Shown: piece by piece, positions 48,400 through 56,432 of the stretch
Position numbering within the stretch: the stretch's first letter is position 1
Layout of the letters: each line of letters opens with the position of its first letter
Origin: an uncultured Rhodobacteraceae bacterium
Lineage (GTDB): Bacteria > Pseudomonadota > Alphaproteobacteria > Rhodobacterales > Rhodobacteraceae
Assembly (NCBI GenBank): GCA_947493335.1
Contig: CANLQO010000004.1
Span: 156,531-220,530, forward strand
DNA: 64,000 nucleotides
Direction: 5' to 3'
Position numbers and translations under genes: made by a program
The notes under the pieces: model-generated
Database searches by the model: none
What the model was told of the DNA's origin: nothing
The model's input: only the letters and a program-made list of their open reading frames with translations

Positions 48400-49395
48400 T
48401 CAGGTCAAAGCGGCGACAGGGCGCAACTGCCCCGTGACAAAGCCGCGTCGGTTCAAAATATCGGGTGACATGTGGCGCAAGGCGGCGGGATGTGCAGCGT
48501 CAAGAACACCCAGCCGCACCAGCAGGGCTGCGATGGCGGCGTTTGACGCACGGGTGCCGCCGTCGGTGATCTTGAGGGCAACGCCCAGCTTCTTCTCGGG
48601 GATGATCGCGACAAAGACGCCCTCTGCCCCGGTCTTGATCGCGACACGGCCGTCCATCGCCTGCATCAATTCGGTGCAGGCCCGCTTTTCGCCCGCGACC
48701 AAATCAGGGTGGGCGACCATTGCCTGCACCAGTTTTGTCGCTGCATTGGCACGCGTGTCGCCACGGCTTTGCGCCGTGGCAAAAAAGGCCATTGCGCGAG
48801 CCAGACCTTGCAGGGTGCAGGCGTGATTGGGCGCAGAGCATCCATCGCGCGCCCAAAGTGGGCTTTCCTCACCAGTCACCTCTTCAAATGCGGCTTTCAC
48901 GGCAATCTGAACGGGATGGTCAATCAGGTCATAGTCAGCATGTCCGCCCAGATGTTTGGAAAGCGTCAGAAAACCAGTGTGCTTGCCAGAGCAGTTGTTG
49001 TGGATCTGGCACGGTGCGGTATCGGTCTTGATCAATTCCTCGCGCGCGTCCCGATCATCAGGCACTTGCGGCCCGCAGCGCAGGTCCTCATTGGCCAGTC
49101 CCAACGCCGCGAGCCAGGTCCTGACCCGATCCGTATGAATCGCCGCGCCTTGATGCGATGCGCAGGCCAATGCCAGATGCTCGCTTGTGAGGCCGAATGC
49201 ATCGGCCGCACCGCTTTCAATCAGCGGCAGCGCCTGGATCATCTTGCAGGCGGACCGCGGATAAATCAGCGCACCCGGGTCGCCCCAGGATGCGATGACC
49301 TGTCCCAATTCGTCGCAAACAACGGCATGGCCCTGATGCACTGATTCCAGAAGATCACCACGCCAGACCTCTACCAGATCAACAGGATTGCTCAT
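48400..49395 (-). CDS. Asparaginase (L-asparaginase II / Rhizobium-type family)
   Basis: 331-aa ORF. YPRSACKMIQALPLIESGA and NNCSGKH resemble the PF06089 family. Confidence 0.8.
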   Translation of the reverse strand: MSNPVDLVEVWRGDLLESVHQGHAVVCDELGQVIASWGDPGALIYPRSACKMIQALPLIESGAADAFGLTSEHLALACASHQGAAIHTDRVRTWLAALGLANEDLRCGPQVPDDRDAREELIKTDTAPCQIHNNCSGKHTGFLTLSKHLGGHADYDLIDHPVQIAVKAAFEEVTGEESPLWARDGCSAPNHACTLQGLARAMAFFATAQSRGDTRANAATKLVQAMVAHPDLVAGEKRACTELMQAMDGRVAIKTGAEGVFVAIIPEKKLGVALKITDGGTRASNAAIAALLVRLGVLDAAHPAALRHMSPDILNRRGFVTGQLRPVAALT

Positions 49396-49581
49396 CTTGC
49401 CCCCTTCGTCCCGGCAACCACACGGGTTTGTGCCCGATTGGGGCTTTCCCCATTGGGCGGTTTTTTGCTACGGTCATGGCTATCGAGTTGAAAGACAACC
49501 TGCCAGTCGAAAAGGTGCCGCCAGATGCACCACTGCTGAACAGGTGGACCCAGAGGCAAGGACAGCTTGGAGGCTGTAGGA

Positions 49582-50112
49582 ATGATTTTGAAATTGTCGC
49601 GTGTGTTTGGTGTGGCTTTGGCCCTGACAGCAGCCGGTGCGCTTTCCGCGCAGGAAACATCAGATAACCGTGTGGACGCCAACACCGACTGGAGCGTCTT
49701 CGTTGAAGACAATCCCACAGAATGCTGGGGTGTCTCGGCGCCAAAGGAAACGGTCAACCGCCGGGATGGACAGGTTGTACAAGCAAGGCGCGGCGATATC
49801 CTGTTATTCGTCTTCTATCGGCCCAGCGCGTCGGTTCAGGGTCAGGTGGCGTTCACCGGTGGGTACCCCTTTGCCAGCGGGTCAACCGCAGCGCTGACCA
49901 TCGCCGGGACCGAGTTTCAGTTGTTCACCGAAGGCGAATGGGCGTGGCCCGCCACGCCCGAGGATGACGCCAAGATCGTGGCGGCGATGAAACGCGGCGC
50001 GGATGCCACCGTCGTGGCGCGCTCCGGTCGCGGCACCGTCACGACCGACAAGTTCAGCCTCTTGGGCTTTACGGCAGCGGTCGAGGAAGCGGCCAAGCGT
50101 TGCGCGGGGTAG
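49582..50112 (+). CDS. Invasion-associated locus B (IalB)-like periplasmic protein
   Basis: Start trimmed to ATG 49582. Signal peptide MILKLSRVFGVALALTAAGALSA. Family call is from overall resemblance only. Confidence 0.65.
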   Translation: MILKLSRVFGVALALTAAGALSAQETSDNRVDANTDWSVFVEDNPTECWGVSAPKETVNRRDGQVVQARRGDILLFVFYRPSASVQGQVAFTGGYPFASGSTAALTIAGTEFQLFTEGEWAWPATPEDDAKIVAAMKRGADATVVARSGRGTVTTDKFSLLGFTAAVEEAAKRCAG

Positions 50113-50113
50113 C

Positions 50114-50158
50114 AAAATCCTTTCAAGGATTTTGACAAGGCTTTTTGCAAAAGCCTTG
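50114..50158. promoter_or_regulatory. Two adjacent AT-rich perfect palindromes (terminator and/or operator)
   Basis: AAAATCCTT tc AAGGATTTT (50114-50133) and CAAGGCTTTT tgc AAAAGCCTTG (50136-50158). A TTGACA overlaps the junction. Confidence 0.4.
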
Positions 50159-50267
50159 CGCCTCCGGCGGGCATATTTTCATTCAAAAGAAAGAGCGGGC
50201 GGTTTTTCATTGGAAACCGTCCCTTTTGCCTTATATGGGGCGCAATTCCTGATCCAAAGGTGACGCC

Positions 50268-51443
50268 ATGACGGCCAAGGCCCCGATTACCCAAGACGTG
50301 CATACCATTCCGCGCCATCTGCCGGACGGAAAGCCAAATCTTGTGGGGATGACGCGCGACCAGATGCGTGACGCCCTGATCACCGCTGGCACGCCCGAAA
50401 AGCAGGCCAAGATGCGCATGGGGCAGGTCTGGCAGTGGGTGTATCACTGGGGTGTGCGCGACTTTGATGCGATGACCAATCTCAGCAAAGATTATCGGAC
50501 GATGCTGGCCGAGACATTTGTGATTGCACTGCCGGAAGTCGTAACCCGGCAGGTGTCCGGGGACGGCACCCGTAAGTATCTTGTGCGGATCGCAGGAGGG
50601 CATGAGGTCGAGGTCGTATATATCCCAGAAGAAGATCGCGGGACGCTGTGCATCTCAAGTCAGGTCGGCTGCACGTTGACCTGCACCTTCTGTCATACTG
50701 GAACGCAAAAGCTGGTCCGCAATCTGACCACGTCCGAAATTGTGGGCCAGATCATGGTGGCCCGCGACGATCTGGGCGAATGGCCGACACCGGGCGCGCC
50801 CAAGGATGAAACCCGGCTTTTGTCCAACATCGTTTTGATGGGAATGGGTGAGCCGCTTTACAACTTCGAAAACGTGCGCGACGCGATGAAGATCGCCATG
50901 GACCCGCATGGCATTCAGCTCTCGCGCCGCCGGATCACTCTGTCGACGTCAGGTGTCGTGCCAGAAATTGCGCGCACGGCCGAAGAGATCGGTTGCCAGT
51001 TGGCCGTGTCATTCCACGCCACCACCGATGAGGTCCGCGATGTGCTGGTGCCGATCAACAAGCGCTGGAACATCTCAGCATTGCTGGACGCGCTACGCAG
51101 CTATCCCAAGGTCAGCAATTCAGAGAGGATCACCTTTGAATATGTGATGTTGGATGGCGTGAATGACAGTGATGAAGATGCGCGCCGGTTGATCAAGCTG
51201 ATCGACGGCATTCCGGCCAAGATCAACCTGATCCCGTTCAACGAATGGCCCGGCGCACCCTATAGACGGTCGTCAAACAACCGCATCCGCAAGTTCGCAG
51301 ATATCATCTACAAGGCAGGTTATGCCTCGCCTATTCGCACGCCTCGGGGCGAGGACATCATGGCCGCCTGCGGTCAGTTGAAGTCCGCGACCGAGCGCGC
51401 GCGCAAGAGCCGGGCGCAGATTGCGCAGGAGGCCGGGCTTTAA
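50268..51443 (+). CDS. rlmN: 23S rRNA (adenine2503-C2)-methyltransferase RlmN
   Basis: Radical [14 protein letters not shown], plus the downstream conserved Cys in MAACGQL. Confidence 0.95.
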   Translation: MTAKAPITQDVHTIPRHLPDGKPNLVGMTRDQMRDALITAGTPEKQAKMRMGQVWQWVYHWGVRDFDAMTNLSKDYRTMLAETFVIALPEVVTRQVSGDGTRKYLVRIAGGHEVEVVYIPEEDRGTLCISSQVGCTLTCTFCHTGTQKLVRNLTTSEIVGQIMVARDDLGEWPTPGAPKDETRLLSNIVLMGMGEPLYNFENVRDAMKIAMDPHGIQLSRRRITLSTSGVVPEIARTAEEIGCQLAVSFHATTDEVRDVLVPINKRWNISALLDALRSYPKVSNSERITFEYVMLDGVNDSDEDARRLIKLIDGIPAKINLIPFNEWPGAPYRRSSNNRIRKFADIIYKAGYASPIRTPRGEDIMAACGQLKSATERARKSRAQIAQEAGL

Positions 51444-51916
51444 GGTCGTGTTAACCCTGTTTGCGCAGGGTTGAGGCATGCGATTCCAACTTGAAATGCC
51501 GTTAGAGACCGTACGGGCCTTCCCGCGATCGTGCGGCGGCGTGACGTCACGGTTGGGCAGTTGGTGCGCACGGATGTTGCCGCTGATCTTTGCCGTCGCC
51601 GCCGCCGAACGCCGAAGAAGGACAATCGGAGTGATGGGGCGCGCCTCGCCTCTCTGCGCTCGCTCCTCGCGCAGGATCTGGCTGACGCGCAGAATTGGGT
51701 AGATCTGGCCGGTCGCCTTTAGCAGCACGGATTTGCAGTACGCCCCGCAGGCGGAAGACTGATCCTTACCCGTGTGTCCACCCGGGAAAGGCTATGCAAA
51801 GCCACTGACCTGGGTCACGCACACAGCGTCCTTGCGCGCAGGTTCGGGCCCGCAGTCCCCGGACTTCCACATGCCCACCTGTTTGAACTACAAGTGGATT
51901 TTGCCGTCCTCGAAGA

Positions 51917-52768
51917 CTAGCGCCCCGGTATCACCCCACGCTTTTCACCTTTGCCTTCCCAGGCATCGAGCGCAGCGATTGCCTCGTCGGCGGTTTCCAC
52001 GAACCGGAACAGCTCCAGATCATCGGCAGAGATCGTGCCGGCGTCCGACAATGCCTCCCAATTGATGATGCGCTCCCAGAAATCTTTGCCGAACAGCAGG
52101 AACGGCACGCGCGCCATGCGGCCGGTCTGGATCAGCGTCAGCGCCTCAAACGTCTCATCCAATGTCCCAAAACCGCCCGGGAAGACGCAGATCACCGAGG
52201 CCCGCATCAGAAAGTGCATCTTGCGGATCGCGAAATAGTGGAAGTTGAAACACAGTTCCGGCGTCACGTATGGGTTAGGGGCCTGCTCGTGCGGCAGCAC
52301 GATGTTCAGGCCGACAGAACGACCGCCCGCCTCTTCAGCGCCGCGATTGCCGGCTTCCATGACGCCGGGGCCTCCGCCTGTGACGATGATGTCTTCGGTG
52401 CCACCATTTGCCAGCGACCGCTTGGTCATCAGATAGGCAAAGCGCTGCGCTTCCGCATAATAGGTCGACAGTTCCGCGAGCGTTTGGGTTCGCGCAGTTT
52501 CTTTGGCCTCGGGCGCGGGAATGCGGGCGCCTCCGAACATCACCACTGTCGATTCCACATTTGCCTCGTCCAGCATCAGCTCTGGCTTGAGGAGTTCCAA
52601 CTGCAACCGCACAGGCCGCAATTCTTCACGACAGAGAAAGTCTTCATCTGCAAAGGCCAGGCGATAGGAAGGTGCGCGCGTTTGTGGCGTATCGGGCACA
52701 TGGCGGGCCTCTTCGCGGTCCTGATGACTGCGGCGGAAGGGATGCGTGCGGTTCGGTTCGTCTTTCAT
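51917..52768 (-). CDS. LOG family protein (TIGR00730; nucleotide 5'-monophosphate nucleosidase-like)
   Basis: Start trimmed to ATG 52768 (AAGGAGAA upstream). GGGPGVMEA and PGGFGTLDE motifs. Confidence 0.85.
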   Translation of the reverse strand: MKDEPNRTHPFRRSHQDREEARHVPDTPQTRAPSYRLAFADEDFLCREELRPVRLQLELLKPELMLDEANVESTVVMFGGARIPAPEAKETARTQTLAELSTYYAEAQRFAYLMTKRSLANGGTEDIIVTGGGPGVMEAGNRGAEEAGGRSVGLNIVLPHEQAPNPYVTPELCFNFHYFAIRKMHFLMRASVICVFPGGFGTLDETFEALTLIQTGRMARVPFLLFGKDFWERIINWEALSDAGTISADDLELFRFVETADEAIAALDAWEGKGEKRGVIPGR

Positions 52769-52911
52769 GGATTTCTCCTTTAGGTCCTGCGACCCTACCC
52801 TGCGGAGCCAAAAGGGCCAGCCCAAAAGGCGCACCAAAAACGCGACCGTGATTGCACAAGCACGATCAGCCGCCTATAGCCATGCGCAACACCAGCATGC
52901 AGGAGAATCCG

Positions 52912-53739
52912 ATGTCCAATGCCGCCCTTGAGACCGCTATCGAAGCCGCGTGGGACGCCCGCGACCAGATCACCCCTGCAACGACGGGTGAGACACGCGA
53001 AGCCATCGAAGATACGCTGAATGCGCTCGACAGCGGCACCTTGCGGGTGGCCGAACCACGCGAGAACGGCCATTGGCATGTGAACCAATGGGCCAAAAAG
53101 GCGGTCCTCTTGTCGTTCCGCCTGAATGACATGGAACCGATCTCGGGCGGCAACGGCGGCTCGGACTGGTGGGACAAGGTGCCTTCCAAGTTTCAGGGCT
53201 GGGGTGAAAACCAGTGGAAAGATGCAGGATTCCGTGCCGTGCCGGGTTCGATCGTGCGCCGCTCTGCCTTCATCGCACCGGGCGTGGTGCTGATGCCGTC
53301 CTTCGTGAACATTGGCGCTTATGTCGACGAAGGATCCATGGTTGATGGCTGGGCCACGGTCGGCTCTTGCGCGCAAATCGGCAAGAACGTCCACCTTTCG
53401 GGTGGTGTCGGGATCGGCGGCGTGCTGGAGCCGATGCAGGCTGGCCCGACCATCATCGAAGACAACTGCTTTATCGGGGCCCGTTCAGAGGTGGTCGAAG
53501 GCTGCATCGTCCGCGAAGGATCGGTGCTGGGGATGGGCGTGTTCATCGGCCAGTCCACCAAGATCGTCGACCGCGAAACCGGAGAAGTCTTTTATGGTGA
53601 GGTCCCGCCCTATTCGGTGGTTGTCGCAGGCTCCATGCCGACGAAGAACAATATCAATCTGTATTGCGCGGTGATCGTTAAGCGAGTTGACGAAAAGACC
53701 CGCTCCAAGACCGGCATCAATGAACTATTGCGGGATTAA
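52912..53739 (+). CDS. dapD: 2,3,4,5-tetrahydropyridine-2,6-dicarboxylate N-succinyltransferase
   Basis: Start trimmed to ATG 52912 (AGGAGAA upstream). Hexapeptide repeats and the WWDK motif. Confidence 0.95.
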   Translation: MSNAALETAIEAAWDARDQITPATTGETREAIEDTLNALDSGTLRVAEPRENGHWHVNQWAKKAVLLSFRLNDMEPISGGNGGSDWWDKVPSKFQGWGENQWKDAGFRAVPGSIVRRSAFIAPGVVLMPSFVNIGAYVDEGSMVDGWATVGSCAQIGKNVHLSGGVGIGGVLEPMQAGPTIIEDNCFIGARSEVVEGCIVREGSVLGMGVFIGQSTKIVDRETGEVFYGEVPPYSVVVAGSMPTKNNINLYCAVIVKRVDEKTRSKTGINELLRD

Positions 53740-53757
53740 TTTGCGCCCGCGCGTCGC

Positions 53758-54042
53758 ATGATTATCTCCTACACCATCGCCCGCCGCCGGATCGCGGCGG
53801 GGCAGCGACCAAGCTGGATTGGCGCATGGGGACTTGTCGGGGTGGACGCGCTGGCACTCGCCCTGTTGTTCGGGCTGCTCTGGACCCCATTTCAGGCCCT
53901 AACTCAAAACTTCAATTTTCCCACCTGGGCAACCATCGCCGCGCTCTTCGCGGTGTGTTTCATCCCCATGCAAGCGGTACTGATCCTGTCGTCACTTTGG
54001 GCCGCAAAGTCGCGTTGGGATGACAGCGACACTGGGAAATAG
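53758..54042 (+). CDS. Hypothetical membrane protein (94 aa, 2-3 TM)
   Basis: Hydrophobic ORF. No family recognised. Confidence 0.5.
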   Translation: MIISYTIARRRIAAGQRPSWIGAWGLVGVDALALALLFGLLWTPFQALTQNFNFPTWATIAALFAVCFIPMQAVLILSSLWAAKSRWDDSDTGK

Positions 54043-54092
54043 GGCAGAAAGCCCCCATATTCCGAATAACCGCAGCAAACAGGAGCATTCAG

Positions 54093-54338
54093 ATGGGCCT
54101 TGGATTTTTCCTTAGCATTATCGTCGGCGGCCTCGCTGGCTGGATCGCCACGACCTACATGAAAGCCAACACCGGCATCATCGCAAACGTGATCCTTGGC
54201 ATCGTCGGCGCAACCGTCCTGAACGCGATCCTGGGTTGGATCGGGATCTACGCCGAACGCAGCTTTCTGCCGCAATTGATTGTGGGTGCCCTTGGCGCGG
54301 CGGGCCTCATCGCTGCCTACCGCCGCCTCTCGGCTTGA
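54093..54338 (+). CDS. GlsB/YeaQ/YmgE family stress-response membrane protein
   Basis: MGLGFFLSIIVGGLAGWIA...NVILGIVGATVLNAILG is typical of the transglycosylase-associated family. Confidence 0.85.
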   Translation: MGLGFFLSIIVGGLAGWIATTYMKANTGIIANVILGIVGATVLNAILGWIGIYAERSFLPQLIVGALGAAGLIAAYRRLSA

Positions 54339-54369
54339 CAAGCCGGCAGACCACCCGCACCACAGGCCC

Positions 54370-54708
54370 ATGAAAAAGCCAAGCAAACAACAGGTCTATA
54401 CACTGCTGGTCGAGGTCGGTCGTGGTACGGATGACGGCCTGCCCAAGGGTGCGACAGGTGCCGCTCTGATGTGCTATGCCTCTGGTGTGGACGAAGCCGA
54501 GGCCGTGCGGGAAACCGTCGCAATCCTGAAACAGGCCGACCTCGCACCTCTGGACGTTTCCGGCTACGGCACGCTCAAGGAGCGTTTGGCAGAAGGGCAC
54601 GACATTAGCGACGACGAACGAAGCCTGATGCAACGCGCGCTGGACGAAAACAGCGTGATTGTCGCGCAGATGACGCCGTTTTTTGACGAGGTTGAGGGCC
54701 AAGACTAG
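54370..54708 (+). CDS. Hypothetical protein (112 aa)
   Basis: Start trimmed to ATG 54370 (MKKPSKQQVYTLLVEV). Acidic soluble protein. No family recognised. Confidence 0.55.
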   Translation: MKKPSKQQVYTLLVEVGRGTDDGLPKGATGAALMCYASGVDEAEAVRETVAILKQADLAPLDVSGYGTLKERLAEGHDISDDERSLMQRALDENSVIVAQMTPFFDEVEGQD

Positions 54709-55007
54709 GGCAGCAACCCCCAATCCTTGAGGGTCGAAGCTCCGGCCCCTCGCGTGGGAAACTCAGCTTCCAGACGTGATAATTCGGCAAACAGGTCTTC
54801 TGCCGACAAATGCGGACGTGCTGACAGACCGGCGACCTTGGTCTTTGCGGCCGCGATGGTGTCGCGCTGCGCCCTGAGATGCGGATTGTCAGGAAAGCTC
54901 TGACACAGACCCGCAAAAACATCCTCTAACCGGGTCAGCATGTCTATCTTATTGCCGAGCGACGGACGCTCGGCCGCCGCACGCATGTGATCAAATGTAT
55001 CGGTCAT
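54705..55007 (-). CDS. Hypothetical protein (100 aa)
   Basis: C-terminal portion of a 412-aa ORF-track call whose upstream part is antisense to dapE. The ATG 55007 product [31 protein letters not shown] looks protein-like. Confidence 0.4.
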   Translation of the reverse strand: MTDTFDHMRAAAERPSLGNKIDMLTRLEDVFAGLCQSFPDNPHLRAQRDTIAAAKTKVAGLSARPHLSAEDLFAELSRLEAEFPTRGAGASTLKDWGLLP

Positions 55008-55151
55008 CTTCTTAATCCGTCGCGCTTCAATAGGTGGAACTTCGCGTGTCTGCTTGACCGAAATATGGCGCCCGTCAGACGATGTTGCGACTGCTGCGGC
55101 GATTGCATCCGTCCCGTCTGCACGATAGCCATGCGCCCAAAAGGAGCCGCA

Positions 55152-56294
55152 ATGCCCATTGATCCTGTTGCCCTGACCGCAGACCTCGTGCGCTGCAATT
55201 CGATCACCCCCGCAGAGGGCGGCGCGTTGGTGCTGCTGGAAGACCTGTTGACCGCTCACGGCTTTAATTGCACCCGCGTCGACCGAGGAGGCATCGCCAA
55301 CCTTTACGCCCGCTGGGGCCGCAAAGGTGCAAATCGCACCTTTGGCTTCAATGGCCACACCGACGTCGTGCCTTTGGGGGATGAGGCTGCGTGGACGGTT
55401 GATCCCTTCGGGGCCGAGATTAGGGATGGCTTTCTTTGGGGCCGCGGTGCCACAGACATGAAATCCGGCGTCGCTGCCTTTGCCGCTGCCGCCTGCGACT
55501 TTGTCGATGCCACGCCGCCTGATGGCGCTTTGGTACTGGCAATCACCGGCGACGAAGAAGCCGACGCGCTTCATGGCACGACCGCGATCCTCGATTGGAT
55601 GGCCGAAAACGGCGAACAAATGACCCACTGTCTGGTGGGCGAACCGACCTCCCCCAACCACATGGGCGAGGCGATGAAAATCGGACGTCGGGGCAGCTTG
55701 AACGCGCGCTTTTCCTTCACCGGAACGCAGGGCCATTCCGCATATCCACACCGTGCCAAAAATCCCACCCATGCCATGGCAGCATTGATGCACCGGTTGG
55801 CCAGCCACGCGCTCGACGACGGCACGGATCATTTTGACGCATCCACTTTGGCCATTGTGACCATGGACACGGGCAACCCCGCAACCAACGTGATCCCGGC
55901 CACCTGCACCGCGGGGGTCAACATTCGTTTCAATGACCTGCACTCCGGCGACGGTCTCACCGCGTGGTTGCAGGTCGAGGCCAACAAGATCGCCGCGGAA
56001 ACCGGCATCGACATCGATCTGCGCGTCAAAGTCTCGGGCGAGGCGTTTCTGACACCTCCCGGTGACCTCTCAGACCTGATTGCAAAGGCCGTGCAGGCCG
56101 AACTGGGCGTCACACCCGCACTCTCCACCTCGGGCGGCACTTCTGATGCGCGGTTCGTCAAGAGCCATTGCCCGGTGGTTGAATTTGGCCTCGTCGGGAA
56201 GACCATGCATCAGGTCGACGAAAAGGTCCCGGTCGCGGACATCAAGACCCTCAAATCCATCTACACCCGCATCCTGACCGACTACTTCGCCTGA
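55152..56294 (+). CDS. dapE: Succinyl-diaminopimelate desuccinylase
   Basis: Start trimmed to ATG 55152 (AAGGAG upstream). M20 peptidase motifs GHTDVVP and GRGATDMKS. Confidence 0.95.
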   Translation: MPIDPVALTADLVRCNSITPAEGGALVLLEDLLTAHGFNCTRVDRGGIANLYARWGRKGANRTFGFNGHTDVVPLGDEAAWTVDPFGAEIRDGFLWGRGATDMKSGVAAFAAAACDFVDATPPDGALVLAITGDEEADALHGTTAILDWMAENGEQMTHCLVGEPTSPNHMGEAMKIGRRGSLNARFSFTGTQGHSAYPHRAKNPTHAMAALMHRLASHALDDGTDHFDASTLAIVTMDTGNPATNVIPATCTAGVNIRFNDLHSGDGLTAWLQVEANKIAAETGIDIDLRVKVSGEAFLTPPGDLSDLIAKAVQAELGVTPALSTSGGTSDARFVKSHCPVVEFGLVGKTMHQVDEKVPVADIKTLKSIYTRILTDYFA

Positions 56295-56314
56295 TCTACC
56301 TTTCTTTTGAATAG

Positions 56315-56365
56315 AAATATGCTGGGGGAGTCCGCCTTGGCGGACGGGGGCATAGCCCCCAAAAA
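56315..56365 (+). repeat. Tandem-hairpin intergenic repeat, copy 1 of 3
   Basis: AAATATGC-TGGGGG-A[GTCCGCC TT GGCGGAC]-[GGGGGC ATA GCCCCC]AAAAA, located between dapE and rnr. Confidence 0.75.
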
Positions 56366-56381
56366 GGGGTGGGTGGGCGGG
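56366..56381 (+). other. Canonical G-quadruplex motif in the rnr leader region
   Basis: GGGGTGGGTGGGCGGG: four G3+ tracts with 1-nt loops on the coding strand, 52 nt upstream of the rnr ATG. Confidence 0.5.
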
Positions 56382-56432
56382 CCCACACACAATCCAAATG
56401 ACGCGCTGCGCCAAGCGTGCTAGGCGCAAAGC

